Assembly: GCA_052034405.1 (NCBI GenBank)
Contig: JBPOIO010000016.1
Span: 1-56,714 of the forward strand
DNA: 56,714 nt
Origin: Candidatus Magasanikiibacteriota bacterium
GTDB lineage: Bacteria; Patescibacteriota; Patescibacteriia; Magasanikbacterales; UBA922
Direction of reading: 5' to 3'
The translations under genes and the position numbers were made by a program. Below, piece by piece: positions 47,507-55,577 of this stretch (position 1 is the first letter of the stretch; every line of letters starts with the position of its first letter). The notes under the pieces were generated by a model. The model did no database searches and was not told the DNA's origin. It saw nothing but the letters and a program-made list of their open reading frames with translations.

Positions 47507-48079
47507 TTATTTGAGAAGCATGGCAGCGAGATCTCCAACTCCAATTTTCTTTTCTGCGGAGCAGGGCATGACAATATGATTTCCAACTCTTTGTTTGAAG
47601 TCTTCAATTTTTTTGTCGTATTCTGATTTTTTTATTTTGTCGATTTTATTGGCAACAATGATGATATTTTTTTGACCAGCTTCAAGTCGGTAGAGCATAT
47701 CCATATCGAGATCTGTTGGGCCAATGTTTGCATCGATAATGAGTACGACAAATTTTTGCTTGTATTCTGATCGAAAAAAATACCAGTCAATCATTTTTTG
47801 AAGTTTTTCACGAATATTTGGTGAAATACGTACGAATCCATATCCAGGAAGATCGACGAAGTAGACTGCCTTGTTGATCAAAAATATGTTCATTTCTTGC
47901 GTACGTCCTGGGTAAGAACTGGTAATAGCCAAGCCTTTTTGGTTTGTGAGTGCATTAATAATACTGGATTTTCCAGCATTGGAGCGTCCAATAAAAGCAA
48001 CCTGAGGAATACCATTTTCTAAGGTGGAATCATTGCCTACGGCGCCTTTGACAAATTGTGCGGATCGAACGTTTGACAT
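47507..48079 (-). CDS. engB: ribosome-biogenesis GTPase EngB/YsxC
   Basis: G1 GRSNAGKSS, G3 DLPGYG, G4 NKID. Confidence 0.85.
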   Translation of the reverse strand: MSNVRSAQFVKGAVGNDSTLENGIPQVAFIGRSNAGKSSIINALTNQKGLAITSSYPGRTQEMNIFLINKAVYFVDLPGYGFVRISPNIREKLQKMIDWYFFRSEYKQKFVVLIIDANIGPTDLDMDMLYRLEAGQKNIIIVANKIDKIKKSEYDKKIEDFKQRVGNHIVMPCSAEKKIGVGDLAAMLLK

Positions 48080-48277
48080 ATGTCAGTCATAGTGCCACAA
48101 ATTCGAGAAAAAGTCAAGAATTTTGGCTTATTTTCAATAAAAAGAACCCCATTGTAGGGGTCTTCGCGGTTAGTTATTTTGCACTCTTTTTTGGTTTTTT
48201 CTTATTTTTATTTTTTGCTGCAGCATGGATTCCTTTTGCCATAGAGATATATATTTAATGATAACATATAAAGTATA

Positions 48278-48544
48278 TCATATTTTTGTTTTTGACTCTA
48301 ATGAGGCAATAAGAAGGAGTTTTTGTTCACGCGTGAGTTTTTTGATTTTGGCTTCTCGTTTGAGGGCAAGGGATTTGCTTGTATAGGTTTCGGAGTATTG
48401 GAGTGTTACAGGTCTTCGAGAAGCAGTGTATTTGGCACCTTGTTTTGAGTTGTTATGTGCCAGAATTCTTTTTTCGAGATTATTTGTAATGCCTGTATAG
48501 AGGGTTTCGTCTGCGCATTTGAGGATATAGACAAAATAGGGCAT
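48278..48544 (-). CDS. GIY-YIG domain protein (UPF0213-like)
   Basis: 88 aa. YFVYILKC...LYTGITNNLEKRILAHN. Confidence 0.8.
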   Translation of the reverse strand: MPYFVYILKCADETLYTGITNNLEKRILAHNNSKQGAKYTASRRPVTLQYSETYTSKSLALKREAKIKKLTREQKLLLIASLESKTKI

Positions 48545-48553
48545 GAAAGATGA

Positions 48554-48973
48554 TTATTGCATTATTTGCAATACAGCTGCTGCTACCATGTAACAAATTA
48601 ATGAACCACCAATCATAATTGCAATTTTCTTTAGCATCCACTTTGGTTCAGTTCCACCAAATACAACCGCACTCACTTGTGCTGGCATCACAAAACCGAG
48701 CCAAAAGAATCCAGCCATACCAAAGGCATGCCATTCAGATGGAAGAGCTGTCAAAAAGAGTGCTAAAACAAATGAAGTGATCAAAGTCATTGCCAATTGC
48801 AATGCCAGATAGAGTCCCATTTTTTTCATCATTTTTTGTTGTTCTTCTTTGGAGTGTTTATCAAATCCATGCATTTTGCCCCAAACTTTTCCAAATATTG
48901 GAGTGTACCAAATGGCAGCGACGACAAATTGAGCTAGGGTTGCAAAAATAATGGCGAGGTAGTTGAGTTGCAT
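48554..48973 (-). CDS. DUF1761-like small membrane protein
   Basis: Start set at the ATG at 48973 (MQLNYLAIIFATLAQFVVAAIWYTPIFGKVW). The ORF-track extension to 49162 runs through tRNA-Ser. Confidence 0.6.
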   Translation of the reverse strand: MQLNYLAIIFATLAQFVVAAIWYTPIFGKVWGKMHGFDKHSKEEQQKMMKKMGLYLALQLAMTLITSFVLALFLTALPSEWHAFGMAGFFWLGFVMPAQVSAVVFGGTEPKWMLKKIAIMIGGSLICYMVAAAVLQIMQ

Positions 48974-49035
48974 ATGTGTGTTTGAATAAATAAAAATTGT
49001 TGAGTTGCATATGTGTGTTTGAATAAATAAAAATT
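48962..49035. repeat. perfect 37-bp tandem duplication (2 x 37 bp) covering the DUF1761 start codon and abutting the tRNA-Ser 3' end
   Basis: gttgagttgcatatgtgtgtttgaataaataaaaatt at 48962-48998 is repeated exactly at 48999-49035. Confidence 0.95.
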
Positions 49036-49036
49036 G

Positions 49037-49124
49037 CGGAGAGGGGGAGATTCGAACTCCCGGAGGACTTTCATCCTCACCGTTTTTCGAGAACGGTACC
49101 TTAAACCACTCGAGACACCTCTCC
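49037..49124 (-). tRNA. tRNA-Ser (anticodon CGA), class II with a long variable arm, CCA not encoded
   Basis: Reverse complement reads GGAGAGG-UG-...-CCGUU CUCGAAA AACGG-UGAGGAUGAAAGUCCUCC-GGGAG UUCGAAU CUCCC-CCUCUCC-G. Acceptor, anticodon, variable and T arms all pair. Confidence 0.9.
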
Positions 49125-49162
49125 ATACCCCAATAGACTAGCACATTGAAAAGAAAAATCAA

Positions 49163-49855
49163 TTAGCCGAGAAATGTTGTCTCAAAAGTTTCTGCTGCTT
49201 TTTTGTAAGAAGCATTGCTTTCATCTTCGGGAGTCGTAAATTGCCAATTCCAACAAAGTTTTGGAATAACATTGAATCCATAAAATTTGAGGACGTCTTT
49301 TTGTATTTTGATCACGTTTTTTCCATTCCAGTTGTGTCCGGTGGCAATAATTCCAGCGTCAATTTTTGCGAGTACATTTTTTTCTCCAAGAGTGCTGTGG
49401 CGATTTTCTACCCAGCTCAGGCGTTCGATAAGTTTTTGATAAAAAGAATTCATTTGACCCCAGCGAACAGATCCAAAAAATACAACACAGTCATTTTCAA
49501 AGAGTGCTTTGCTGATTTTCCAGAGTTCGTCTTTTGGGTTGTTGATACTGGCCCAGCAGCGGTGAAGGCCTGAAGGGTTTTTTTTGTCGTCTTTGAGCAG
49601 TGATGCTTTGATTCCACAGATATTGCCATCTTTTGTAGAGATGTTGCCTTCGCAAGGGAAAATGAGAAGTTGTGGAACATCTATAATGTGTACTTTTTCT
49701 TTTCCCAAAATGTTTTGAAGAAATTCAGCGAGTTCGCTACTTTTGGCTTTTTCAGCAATGCCGTTTTTGGGAGTCCAGCGATTGGATGTTGTCAAAAAGA
49801 GTATTTTATTTTTTGTTTTGAGGTGTTGTATCGTTTTTTGAATATGAATATTCAT
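49163..49855 (-). CDS. hypothetical protein, possibly flavodoxin-like fold
   Basis: 230 aa. ILFLTTSNR near the N-terminus and VVFFGSVRWGQMNSFYQKLIERL resemble NAD(P)H-dependent FMN-reductase-type proteins. Weak call. Confidence 0.35.
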   Translation of the reverse strand: MNIHIQKTIQHLKTKNKILFLTTSNRWTPKNGIAEKAKSSELAEFLQNILGKEKVHIIDVPQLLIFPCEGNISTKDGNICGIKASLLKDDKKNPSGLHRCWASINNPKDELWKISKALFENDCVVFFGSVRWGQMNSFYQKLIERLSWVENRHSTLGEKNVLAKIDAGIIATGHNWNGKNVIKIQKDVLKFYGFNVIPKLCWNWQFTTPEDESNASYKKAAETFETTFLG

Positions 49856-49858
49856 ATA

Positions 49859-50467
49859 TTATTTTTTGGAAGATTTTCTTTTGGCAAAAAAATAAATAAT
49901 AAATCCAAAAATTCCAAGTACGACTATTATATCCATAACTTTGGTATATCGTTCGAGGTGATCCCAATTGTTTTTTAAAAGAAATCCGACGTAGGCGAGA
50001 AAACCATTCCAAAGAGCTGCTCCAATAGTAGTGTAGAGCAGAAATGAAGATATTTTCATGTTTGCCATGCCTGCAGGAATAGAGATGAAATGTCGGACAA
50101 CAGGGATGAGACGCCCTATAAAAACAGCTCGACCGCCGTATTTTCCAAAAAATTCTTCGGTTTTCATCAGATGTTCTTCGTTGAGAAGGACGTATTTCCC
50201 ATAGCGCTTGAGCAGCGGATTACCACCATATTTTCCAATATAATAAGAGAGAAGTGATCCCAAAATACTTCCAATAGTACTAAAAAGGAGTACCAATGGA
50301 AAGGTCATTTTTCCTTCGGAAATCAAAAAACCAGCAAAGGGCATGACCGCTTCGGAAGGGAGTGGCAGTATCATACTTTCCATTGCCATCAGGACTATGA
50401 GGCTGGGATATCCTCCAAAAGAAATAAAGGCCACGACTTTTTCGATGATAAGTGATGTAATAGACAT
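49859..50467 (-). CDS. DedA-family membrane protein
   Basis: 202 aa. MESMILPLPSEAVMPFAGF and GRLIPVVRHFISIPAG motifs. Confidence 0.85.
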   Translation of the reverse strand: MSITSLIIEKVVAFISFGGYPSLIVLMAMESMILPLPSEAVMPFAGFLISEGKMTFPLVLLFSTIGSILGSLLSYYIGKYGGNPLLKRYGKYVLLNEEHLMKTEEFFGKYGGRAVFIGRLIPVVRHFISIPAGMANMKISSFLLYTTIGAALWNGFLAYVGFLLKNNWDHLERYTKVMDIIVVLGIFGFIIYFFAKRKSSKK

Positions 50468-50540
50468 AGTCCCCCTATTGTAGAGGAATTTTTTATTTTA
50501 AACAATACTTGTGTTATAGTAATGGAGGATTTGCATATTA

Positions 50541-50867
50541 ATGATATATTGTATGGCTGTAAAAAATTTGAGTGCAGAAGAATTTAAAAAATGGAGAGAA
50601 GAAAAACGAGATTATCTCTATCTTGACGTGCGCAATAAAAATGAATGGGACGAGGGGCATTTTGAAGAATCTATGAATCTTCCACTGCACCTTTTGCCAC
50701 TTTTTATTGAAGAAAAAATTCCTGAGAAAGATATGTGTATCGTGATAGGCTGTGCTCTTGGTGGGCGTTCGGCACTGGGGGCCCAAAAGTTGCTGGCGCT
50801 TGGATATACAAATGTGAATAATTTGGAAGGTGGATATTTGGGTTATTTGGAGTCAATAAATAATTAA
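50541..50867 (+). CDS. single-domain rhodanese-like sulfurtransferase
   Basis: 108 aa. YLDVRNKNEWDEGH and the active-site loop CALGGRS. The start may be 50553. Confidence 0.8.
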   Translation: MIYCMAVKNLSAEEFKKWREEKRDYLYLDVRNKNEWDEGHFEESMNLPLHLLPLFIEEKIPEKDMCIVIGCALGGRSALGAQKLLALGYTNVNNLEGGYLGYLESINN

Positions 50868-50875
50868 ATTTTTTT

Positions 50876-51412
50876 ATGCAAAGAGTCGCTTTTGCTGGAG
50901 GGTGTTTTTGGTGTATAGAAGCTATTTTCAAAAGATTGCGGGGTGTTGTTTCTATTGAATCTGGGTATGCTGGTGGACATACCGATACACCAAGTTATTA
51001 TGATGTGGTAGATGGTGAAACAGGACATGTTGAGGCGGTAGAGTTGGTTTTTGATACAGAATTCATATCTTTTGATATTTTACTTTCTGTATTTTTTGCA
51101 TTTCACGACCCGACAACACTTGATCGACAGGGGAATGATGTAGGCACACAGTATAATTCTGTAATTTTTTATACGAGAGAAGAACAAAAAATTGAAGCTG
51201 AAAATTTTATAAAAAAATTAGAAGAAGAAAAAGTATTTGTTCATAAAATTCTTACAAAAATAAAACCTTTGGAAAAATTTTTTAAGGCCGAGGATTATCA
51301 CCAAAATTATTATGATACCAATCCAAATCAGCCTTATTGTCAGCTCACGATTGATCCAAAAATTGCAAAGTTGCGTTCGAAGTTTTCGCATTTACTCAAA
51401 GAAGAAAAATAA
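50876..51412 (+). CDS. msrA: peptide-methionine (S)-S-oxide reductase
   Basis: 178 aa. GGCFWC active site, GHVEAV, YHQNY. Confidence 0.9.
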   Translation: MQRVAFAGGCFWCIEAIFKRLRGVVSIESGYAGGHTDTPSYYDVVDGETGHVEAVELVFDTEFISFDILLSVFFAFHDPTTLDRQGNDVGTQYNSVIFYTREEQKIEAENFIKKLEEEKVFVHKILTKIKPLEKFFKAEDYHQNYYDTNPNQPYCQLTIDPKIAKLRSKFSHLLKEEK

Positions 51413-51415
51413 TAT

Positions 51416-52060
51416 ATGGATGCTGCTTTACATAAAAAAATATATTTAGCTTTGCTTGGGAATGTGGTTCCATTTGTTGGAGTTGTATTTTTTCATTGGT
51501 CTGTAGTTGCTATTTTGCTTTCATATTGGCTCGAAAATGTGGTGATTGGTTTGTATCAAATTTTGAAAATAAAAAAAGCCAAATTGAATTACCCAGTAAA
51601 TGAACAAAATAAGTTTGTGATTGGACCGCTTCGGCCTGTGAAATCGAGTGAACAAATTTTTTATTCCATTTTTTTCTCTGTACATTATGGAATATTTTTG
51701 TTTGGACACCTCGCAGTTTTGAGCTTGTTTGCAGAAATTCTTAGTGAATCCATAAAATTTACTTGGGCAATTGTAATGACTTCGCTGCCATTTTTTCTCA
51801 CGCATGGAAAGTCGTATGTGGAGGAATATATTGGAGAAAAACAATATGAAAAAATACCACTTATCAAATTTTTTGTGGGACCGTATCGCCGTATTTTTGT
51901 GATGCACATTACTCTTATCTTGGGAGCTATTCCACTTTTGTTTGTGGCAAAAATATTTCCGCAGATTTCTTTCGTTGTAATTGTTTTAAAAATATTTTTG
52001 GATGTTTTTTTAAAAGAAAAAGAATTTGCATTTTGGAAAAAATTTGAAGAAGTAAAATAG
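51416..52060 (+). CDS. polytopic hypothetical membrane protein
   Basis: 214 aa, 5-6 hydrophobic segments, starts 3 nt after msrA. Confidence 0.5.
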   Translation: MDAALHKKIYLALLGNVVPFVGVVFFHWSVVAILLSYWLENVVIGLYQILKIKKAKLNYPVNEQNKFVIGPLRPVKSSEQIFYSIFFSVHYGIFLFGHLAVLSLFAEILSESIKFTWAIVMTSLPFFLTHGKSYVEEYIGEKQYEKIPLIKFFVGPYRRIFVMHITLILGAIPLLFVAKIFPQISFVVIVLKIFLDVFLKEKEFAFWKKFEEVK

Positions 52061-52078
52061 AGTATATTTTTAATTGAT

Positions 52079-52588
52079 ATGGTTATGGTGATTCAAACTT
52101 GGCATTTATTGTTGATTCTTTTCTTTTTTGTTGTGGGCATTTTTATTTTGTTTCTTTTTTTGACAAAATTTAAATTTAAAAAAGCAGAAGCGTTGGCTAC
52201 AGAAATTGGATTTTCTTTTTTCGTTCAAAAAAATATTCCGCAAGAACATTTTGAAGTTTCAAAATATCTACGATATTTTTGGGGTTTTGAATTTTTGTCA
52301 GTTGGAGATATCTCTGATCAAAGAGTATATTTTACACAGTATTTACAAAAGATACCTTCCCAATTGCCTTACTCTTATGTAGTTTTTTCTCTTTTTGAAA
52401 AACCATATATTTTTGCTTCGGATGAAGAAAGAAAAAAATTGCAAACACGAGTAGAAAGTGTTATTCCTGGTGGACTTCTTACGCAAGACGGTATTTTTTA
52501 TTATCATCCAATACCTTGGGTTCTGAAAAAAGAAAATATTTTGGAGATATCCAAAGGAATTGTTTTGGCTGTTCAATCATTGAAATAA
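52079..52588 (+). CDS. hypothetical protein with an N-terminal TM helix
   Basis: 169-aa ORF. No motif recognised. Confidence 0.45.
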   Translation: MVMVIQTWHLLLILFFFVVGIFILFLFLTKFKFKKAEALATEIGFSFFVQKNIPQEHFEVSKYLRYFWGFEFLSVGDISDQRVYFTQYLQKIPSQLPYSYVVFSLFEKPYIFASDEERKKLQTRVESVIPGGLLTQDGIFYYHPIPWVLKKENILEISKGIVLAVQSLK

Positions 52589-52594
52589 AATTGT

Positions 52595-52873
52595 ATGTCC
52601 GATCAAAAATTTGTGGTGCAGGTCACTGACCATGCGCATTATATGGAAGAAGAAGGGGAGTATACTCGTGGAGAGTTTGCTGTTCGCGAAGAAGCAGAAG
52701 TCAAATGTAAAGAAATAATTGATCGATCTCTCGGAGAATTGTTTTCTCTAGGGATCTCAGCAGAAGATTTGTTCAAACAGTTTATGCTCTATGGTGAAGA
52801 AGCCTCTTGTGAAGGTTTTGACAGTATGGAATATATACGATTGCGCTGTGAGGAATTGTCAAATAAAAAATAG
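52595..52873 (+). CDS. small acidic hypothetical protein
   Basis: 92-aa ORF tightly following the previous gene. Confidence 0.4.
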   Translation: MSDQKFVVQVTDHAHYMEEEGEYTRGEFAVREEAEVKCKEIIDRSLGELFSLGISAEDLFKQFMLYGEEASCEGFDSMEYIRLRCEELSNKK

Positions 52874-52881
52874 CCAAAAGG

Positions 52882-54111
52882 CTATTTTTTTTCTGAAGAT
52901 GTTTGTGAAAAGAGAAGTGCAGGGAGAAGCCAGAAGAGAATTGCCAAATCGTTTTTTATGTAGGGTGAATCCACAAGGCCCATAGTGAGAATTACGCACA
53001 TACTCGCAAGTACAAATTTTGTTTGCGAGTTATTTTTTATGGCTGTAGTAAAAAACCACACGAGGATGATAACAAATCCGATAAGACCCAGTAGTCCAGT
53101 ATTTATCCAAATGGTCAAAAAAATATTGTGTGGGTGGTGAAATACTTCGATCCAGTGGTCGCCGCGGTAGTGGACAATGCGTTCTTCGTATGATGCAATA
53201 CCAGCTCCAGTGATTGGGAGATCTTTGAGGAGTGCAAATGTTTCACTCCATATATCTCGTCGGAGTTGTCCAGAATAGTTTGTAGCAAAGAGTTCTTGTT
53301 TTATAGAATGCGTTGGAGGCAAAAGAATAATCCCAACAGATGCAATGATCCCAAATACAATTGCTGGTATGCGTGTTTTTTTGTAGCAGAGCAAGAGTAT
53401 GCCGACTCCTCCTGCGACTCCGATCAGTGGACCAGAGCCTTTGGCAAAAAGGATAGCAAGGAGACTGGTGAAAATAGTTGTTATTGCCAGCCACGCGATT
53501 TTTTTATTTTTCGTCCACTGTTCATGAATCAGGTACATTGCGAGTGGAATAATCGGTGCCAGAAATAGTCCTACAGCATTGGGGAAGCCATACCAACCTG
53601 TCACGCGGTAGGTTTCGCGGTTGGCCCAAAATGCGTAGGGGACGAGATAGCCCGTGAAATGTTGGTAGATGCAGAGGATGCTGGTAGCGAGAGCCGAGAG
53701 GATGAGTGGAAGGAGAATGTAGTTTTGAATGTTTTTGCTTTGAGTTTTTTCGTCAAGGTTTTTTAAATATATACTGAGTACAAAAAATATAAGGATTGGT
53801 TCAATATAAAATGCACGCCATTCACCCGCTGCCGCACGGATATTTACTGAGGTAAAAATAGAAATGGTTGAAGCAAGAAGAAATAGGGTTATACCGCTAG
53901 CGAGGAGTTTATTTTTTTTCACGGCCATTATGAGTGAATTGAGACGAAATCGAGGAATATTTTTTAATACAAAAATACCAATAGTAGAAAGCACAATCAC
54001 TTCAAGTATCGTCGAAGGTATTGGTCCAACATGAAAGCGTAGCAAGTAGGTCGGCAAGAACAAAAATAGCGCAAAAATCCAGTATTCAATTTTGAAAATA
54101 TTTTTTATCAT
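52882..54111 (-). CDS. O-antigen ligase/polymerase-like (Wzy_C-type) polytopic membrane protein
   Basis: 409 aa, at least 10 TM helices with a central loop (FAKGSGPLIGVAGG...). Architecture typical of the O-antigen ligase family. Confidence 0.55.
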   Translation of the reverse strand: MIKNIFKIEYWIFALFLFLPTYLLRFHVGPIPSTILEVIVLSTIGIFVLKNIPRFRLNSLIMAVKKNKLLASGITLFLLASTISIFTSVNIRAAAGEWRAFYIEPILIFFVLSIYLKNLDEKTQSKNIQNYILLPLILSALATSILCIYQHFTGYLVPYAFWANRETYRVTGWYGFPNAVGLFLAPIIPLAMYLIHEQWTKNKKIAWLAITTIFTSLLAILFAKGSGPLIGVAGGVGILLLCYKKTRIPAIVFGIIASVGIILLPPTHSIKQELFATNYSGQLRRDIWSETFALLKDLPITGAGIASYEERIVHYRGDHWIEVFHHPHNIFLTIWINTGLLGLIGFVIILVWFFTTAIKNNSQTKFVLASMCVILTMGLVDSPYIKNDLAILFWLLPALLFSQTSSEKK

Positions 54112-54120
54112 ACGAGCAAA

Positions 54121-54969
54121 CTATAGCACAGCATCGAGTGGGCTGACAATACTGGTATTTTTGATCGTCACATGGGTATAGAGAAGGGTGGTTTCGATTT
54201 TGGTATGTCCCAAGAGCTCCTGTATATAGCGGATATCAGTGCCATTTTCGAGCAGGTGCGTGGCAAAAGAATGGCGCAGGGTATGCGGGTGAACATGTTT
54301 GTGAATATTTGCTTTGTACGCAGCATGACTTACTATTTTTTGAATCGTATGCGTCGTAAGAGCTTTGCTCGTTCCTTCTCGCGTGAAGATAAAATCACTT
54401 GGTTGTTTCAAAAGGCTTTGTTTTTGAAAAATTGATTTGAGTGTGACGGGAAAAAGTGTGTAGCGATCTTTTTTGCCTTTTCCTTTGACAATATGTATAA
54501 GCCCGCGGGCAATATCTATATCACGCATTTTGAGATTGACGAGTTCACTCACACGTAAACCTGCACCATAGAGAAGCGAAATAATAGTGTGGTGCTTGGG
54601 ATTGGTTGTAGCGCTGATGAGTCGTTTGACTTCGTCTTTGGAAAGGACTGTGGGGAGCGTTTTTTCTCTTTTTGACCTCGGGATATGAACAAAAAATTTG
54701 CGCCGGAGAATTTTTTGAAAGTAAAATTTGAGGGCGCTATAAGCAGTATTGATGGTTGAGGCTGAACGATTTTTTGCTTGGAGAGTGGAAAGGTAATCTC
54801 GGATATGTACTTCAAGGATAGACGTTGGAGTGACACTTGCCAGTTTGAGACATTCCTGGATATAATAGGTATAGCTATCAATGGTGTGAGGACTAAAGTT
54901 TTTGAGCGTCATTTCTTGACGCAAAAGCAACATTGGGTCGCGACTGGGGCGATAGTGAGGTGAATCCAT
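54121..54969 (-). CDS. tyrosine site-specific recombinase (Xer/IntI-like, short form)
   Basis: 282 aa. N-terminal SAM-like domain (LKNFSPHTIDSYTYYIQ), catalytic R (GAGLRVSE), KGKGKKDR, HTLRHSFATHLL, LLGHTKIETTLLYTHV, and a C-terminal SPLDA as in integron integrases. Confidence 0.9.
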   Translation of the reverse strand: MDSPHYRPSRDPMLLLRQEMTLKNFSPHTIDSYTYYIQECLKLASVTPTSILEVHIRDYLSTLQAKNRSASTINTAYSALKFYFQKILRRKFFVHIPRSKREKTLPTVLSKDEVKRLISATTNPKHHTIISLLYGAGLRVSELVNLKMRDIDIARGLIHIVKGKGKKDRYTLFPVTLKSIFQKQSLLKQPSDFIFTREGTSKALTTHTIQKIVSHAAYKANIHKHVHPHTLRHSFATHLLENGTDIRYIQELLGHTKIETTLLYTHVTIKNTSIVSPLDAVL

Positions 54970-55062
54970 AGGATAGGGTGGTTACACATTAAGTACTTCT
55001 ATAGTAACAAAAACTTCCTCAAATAAAGCTAAAGAAATAATAAAGTTTTTCTAAAGTCGCAT

Positions 55063-55079
55063 ATAAGGAGTTATCGGAA
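55063..55079 (+). other. candidate attI-like junction (recombinase-proximal boundary of unit 1)
   Basis: ataagga|GTTATCGGAA. GTTATCGGAA (55070-55079) is the exact reverse complement of TTCCGATAAC (55428-55437) at the other end of unit 1. Confidence 0.35.
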
Positions 55080-55100
55080 ATATTTTTTATAAAATAAATT

Positions 55101-55436
55101 ATGGCTACGACATCATTATCAGGTTTGGTAGCAACTCAACCAGGATGGTCACATCAACTGCATGTAGATATAATTGCAATCGGTATAATCGCAGGTGCTT
55201 TTTGTATATTATTACTGATTAAAAAGAAAAAAATAATATCAAAAGTAATTTGGAAATTTCTTTTTTGGTTTTGTTTATTTATTTTTTTATTTTATTCTAT
55301 AAATATATCTGATTCTCCTGGTTCAAAACAATGTCCATTCTTCAATGGAGTATGTTTTGACGTAAAGTTACTGCCTGACAGCATTTTACCCCCTATTTTA
55401 TTTTTACCTTCTGGAGTTTTAAATTACTTCCGATAA
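55101..55436 (+). CDS. cassette-like unit 1 ORF: small membrane protein
   Basis: 111 aa with two hydrophobic segments. Its stop codon lies inside the terminal ...TTCCGATAAC. Confidence 0.45.
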   Translation: MATTSLSGLVATQPGWSHQLHVDIIAIGIIAGAFCILLLIKKKKIISKVIWKFLFWFCLFIFLFYSINISDSPGSKQCPFFNGVCFDVKLLPDSILPPILFLPSGVLNYFR

Positions 55437-55502
55437 CACTGCTTATCCAAAATGCTTTTTCGCTTAGCTCAAAGCACTTCGGATCAAGCAGAAACGTTGT
55501 GC
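55431..55502 (+). other. attC-like folded junction site 1 (72 nt)
   Basis: cgATAAC-ac-TGCTTATCC...GGAT(c)AAGCA-gaaac-GTTGTgc. The 9-bp stem has one bulged C. An inner stem GCTTT/AAAGC (55454-55458/55471-55475) is capped by ttCGCTTAGCTc. Confidence 0.5.
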
Positions 55503-55566
55503 GAAATAATGAAAAGTTTTATAATTTCTTTCAGAAATTAATTTGGGGCTATTTTTTAAATTTTTA
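55496..55566. repeat. left composite inverted repeat of unit 2
   Basis: Outer arm 55496-55521 (gttgtgcgaaataatgaaaagtttta), local palindrome 55522-55540, inner arm 55541-55566 (atttggggctattttttaaattttta). Confidence 0.9.
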
Positions 55567-55577
55567 ATTCTAAAATT

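Noticed and set aside
48174-48242. A 22-aa lysine-rich small ORF (MAKGIHAAAKNKNKKKPKKSAK) on the minus strand between the GIY-YIG gene and its terminator.
   Set aside because: Its composition simply mirrors an A-rich spacer. It has no RBS and no recognisable small ribosomal protein signature (it is not L34, L36 or L33).
48974-49162. N-terminal extension of ORF 48554-49162, which gives 202 aa.
   Set aside because: The extension is read through the tRNA-Ser gene (49037-49124) and the tandem duplication. The DUF1761-like sequence begins at the Met encoded at 48973.
54121-54969. Calling the recombinase a canonical integron integrase (IntI).
   Set aside because: At 282 aa, the segment between the KGKGKKDR box and HTLRH is too short to contain the IntI-specific additional domain. 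I therefore call it IntI-like/Xer-like only and treat the array as integron-like, not as a classical integron.
55065-55070. AAGGAG upstream of the unit 1 ORF as a ribosome-binding site.
   Set aside because: It lies about 30 nt from the ATG at 55101, which is too far for SD function. It coincides instead with the proposed attI-like junction.
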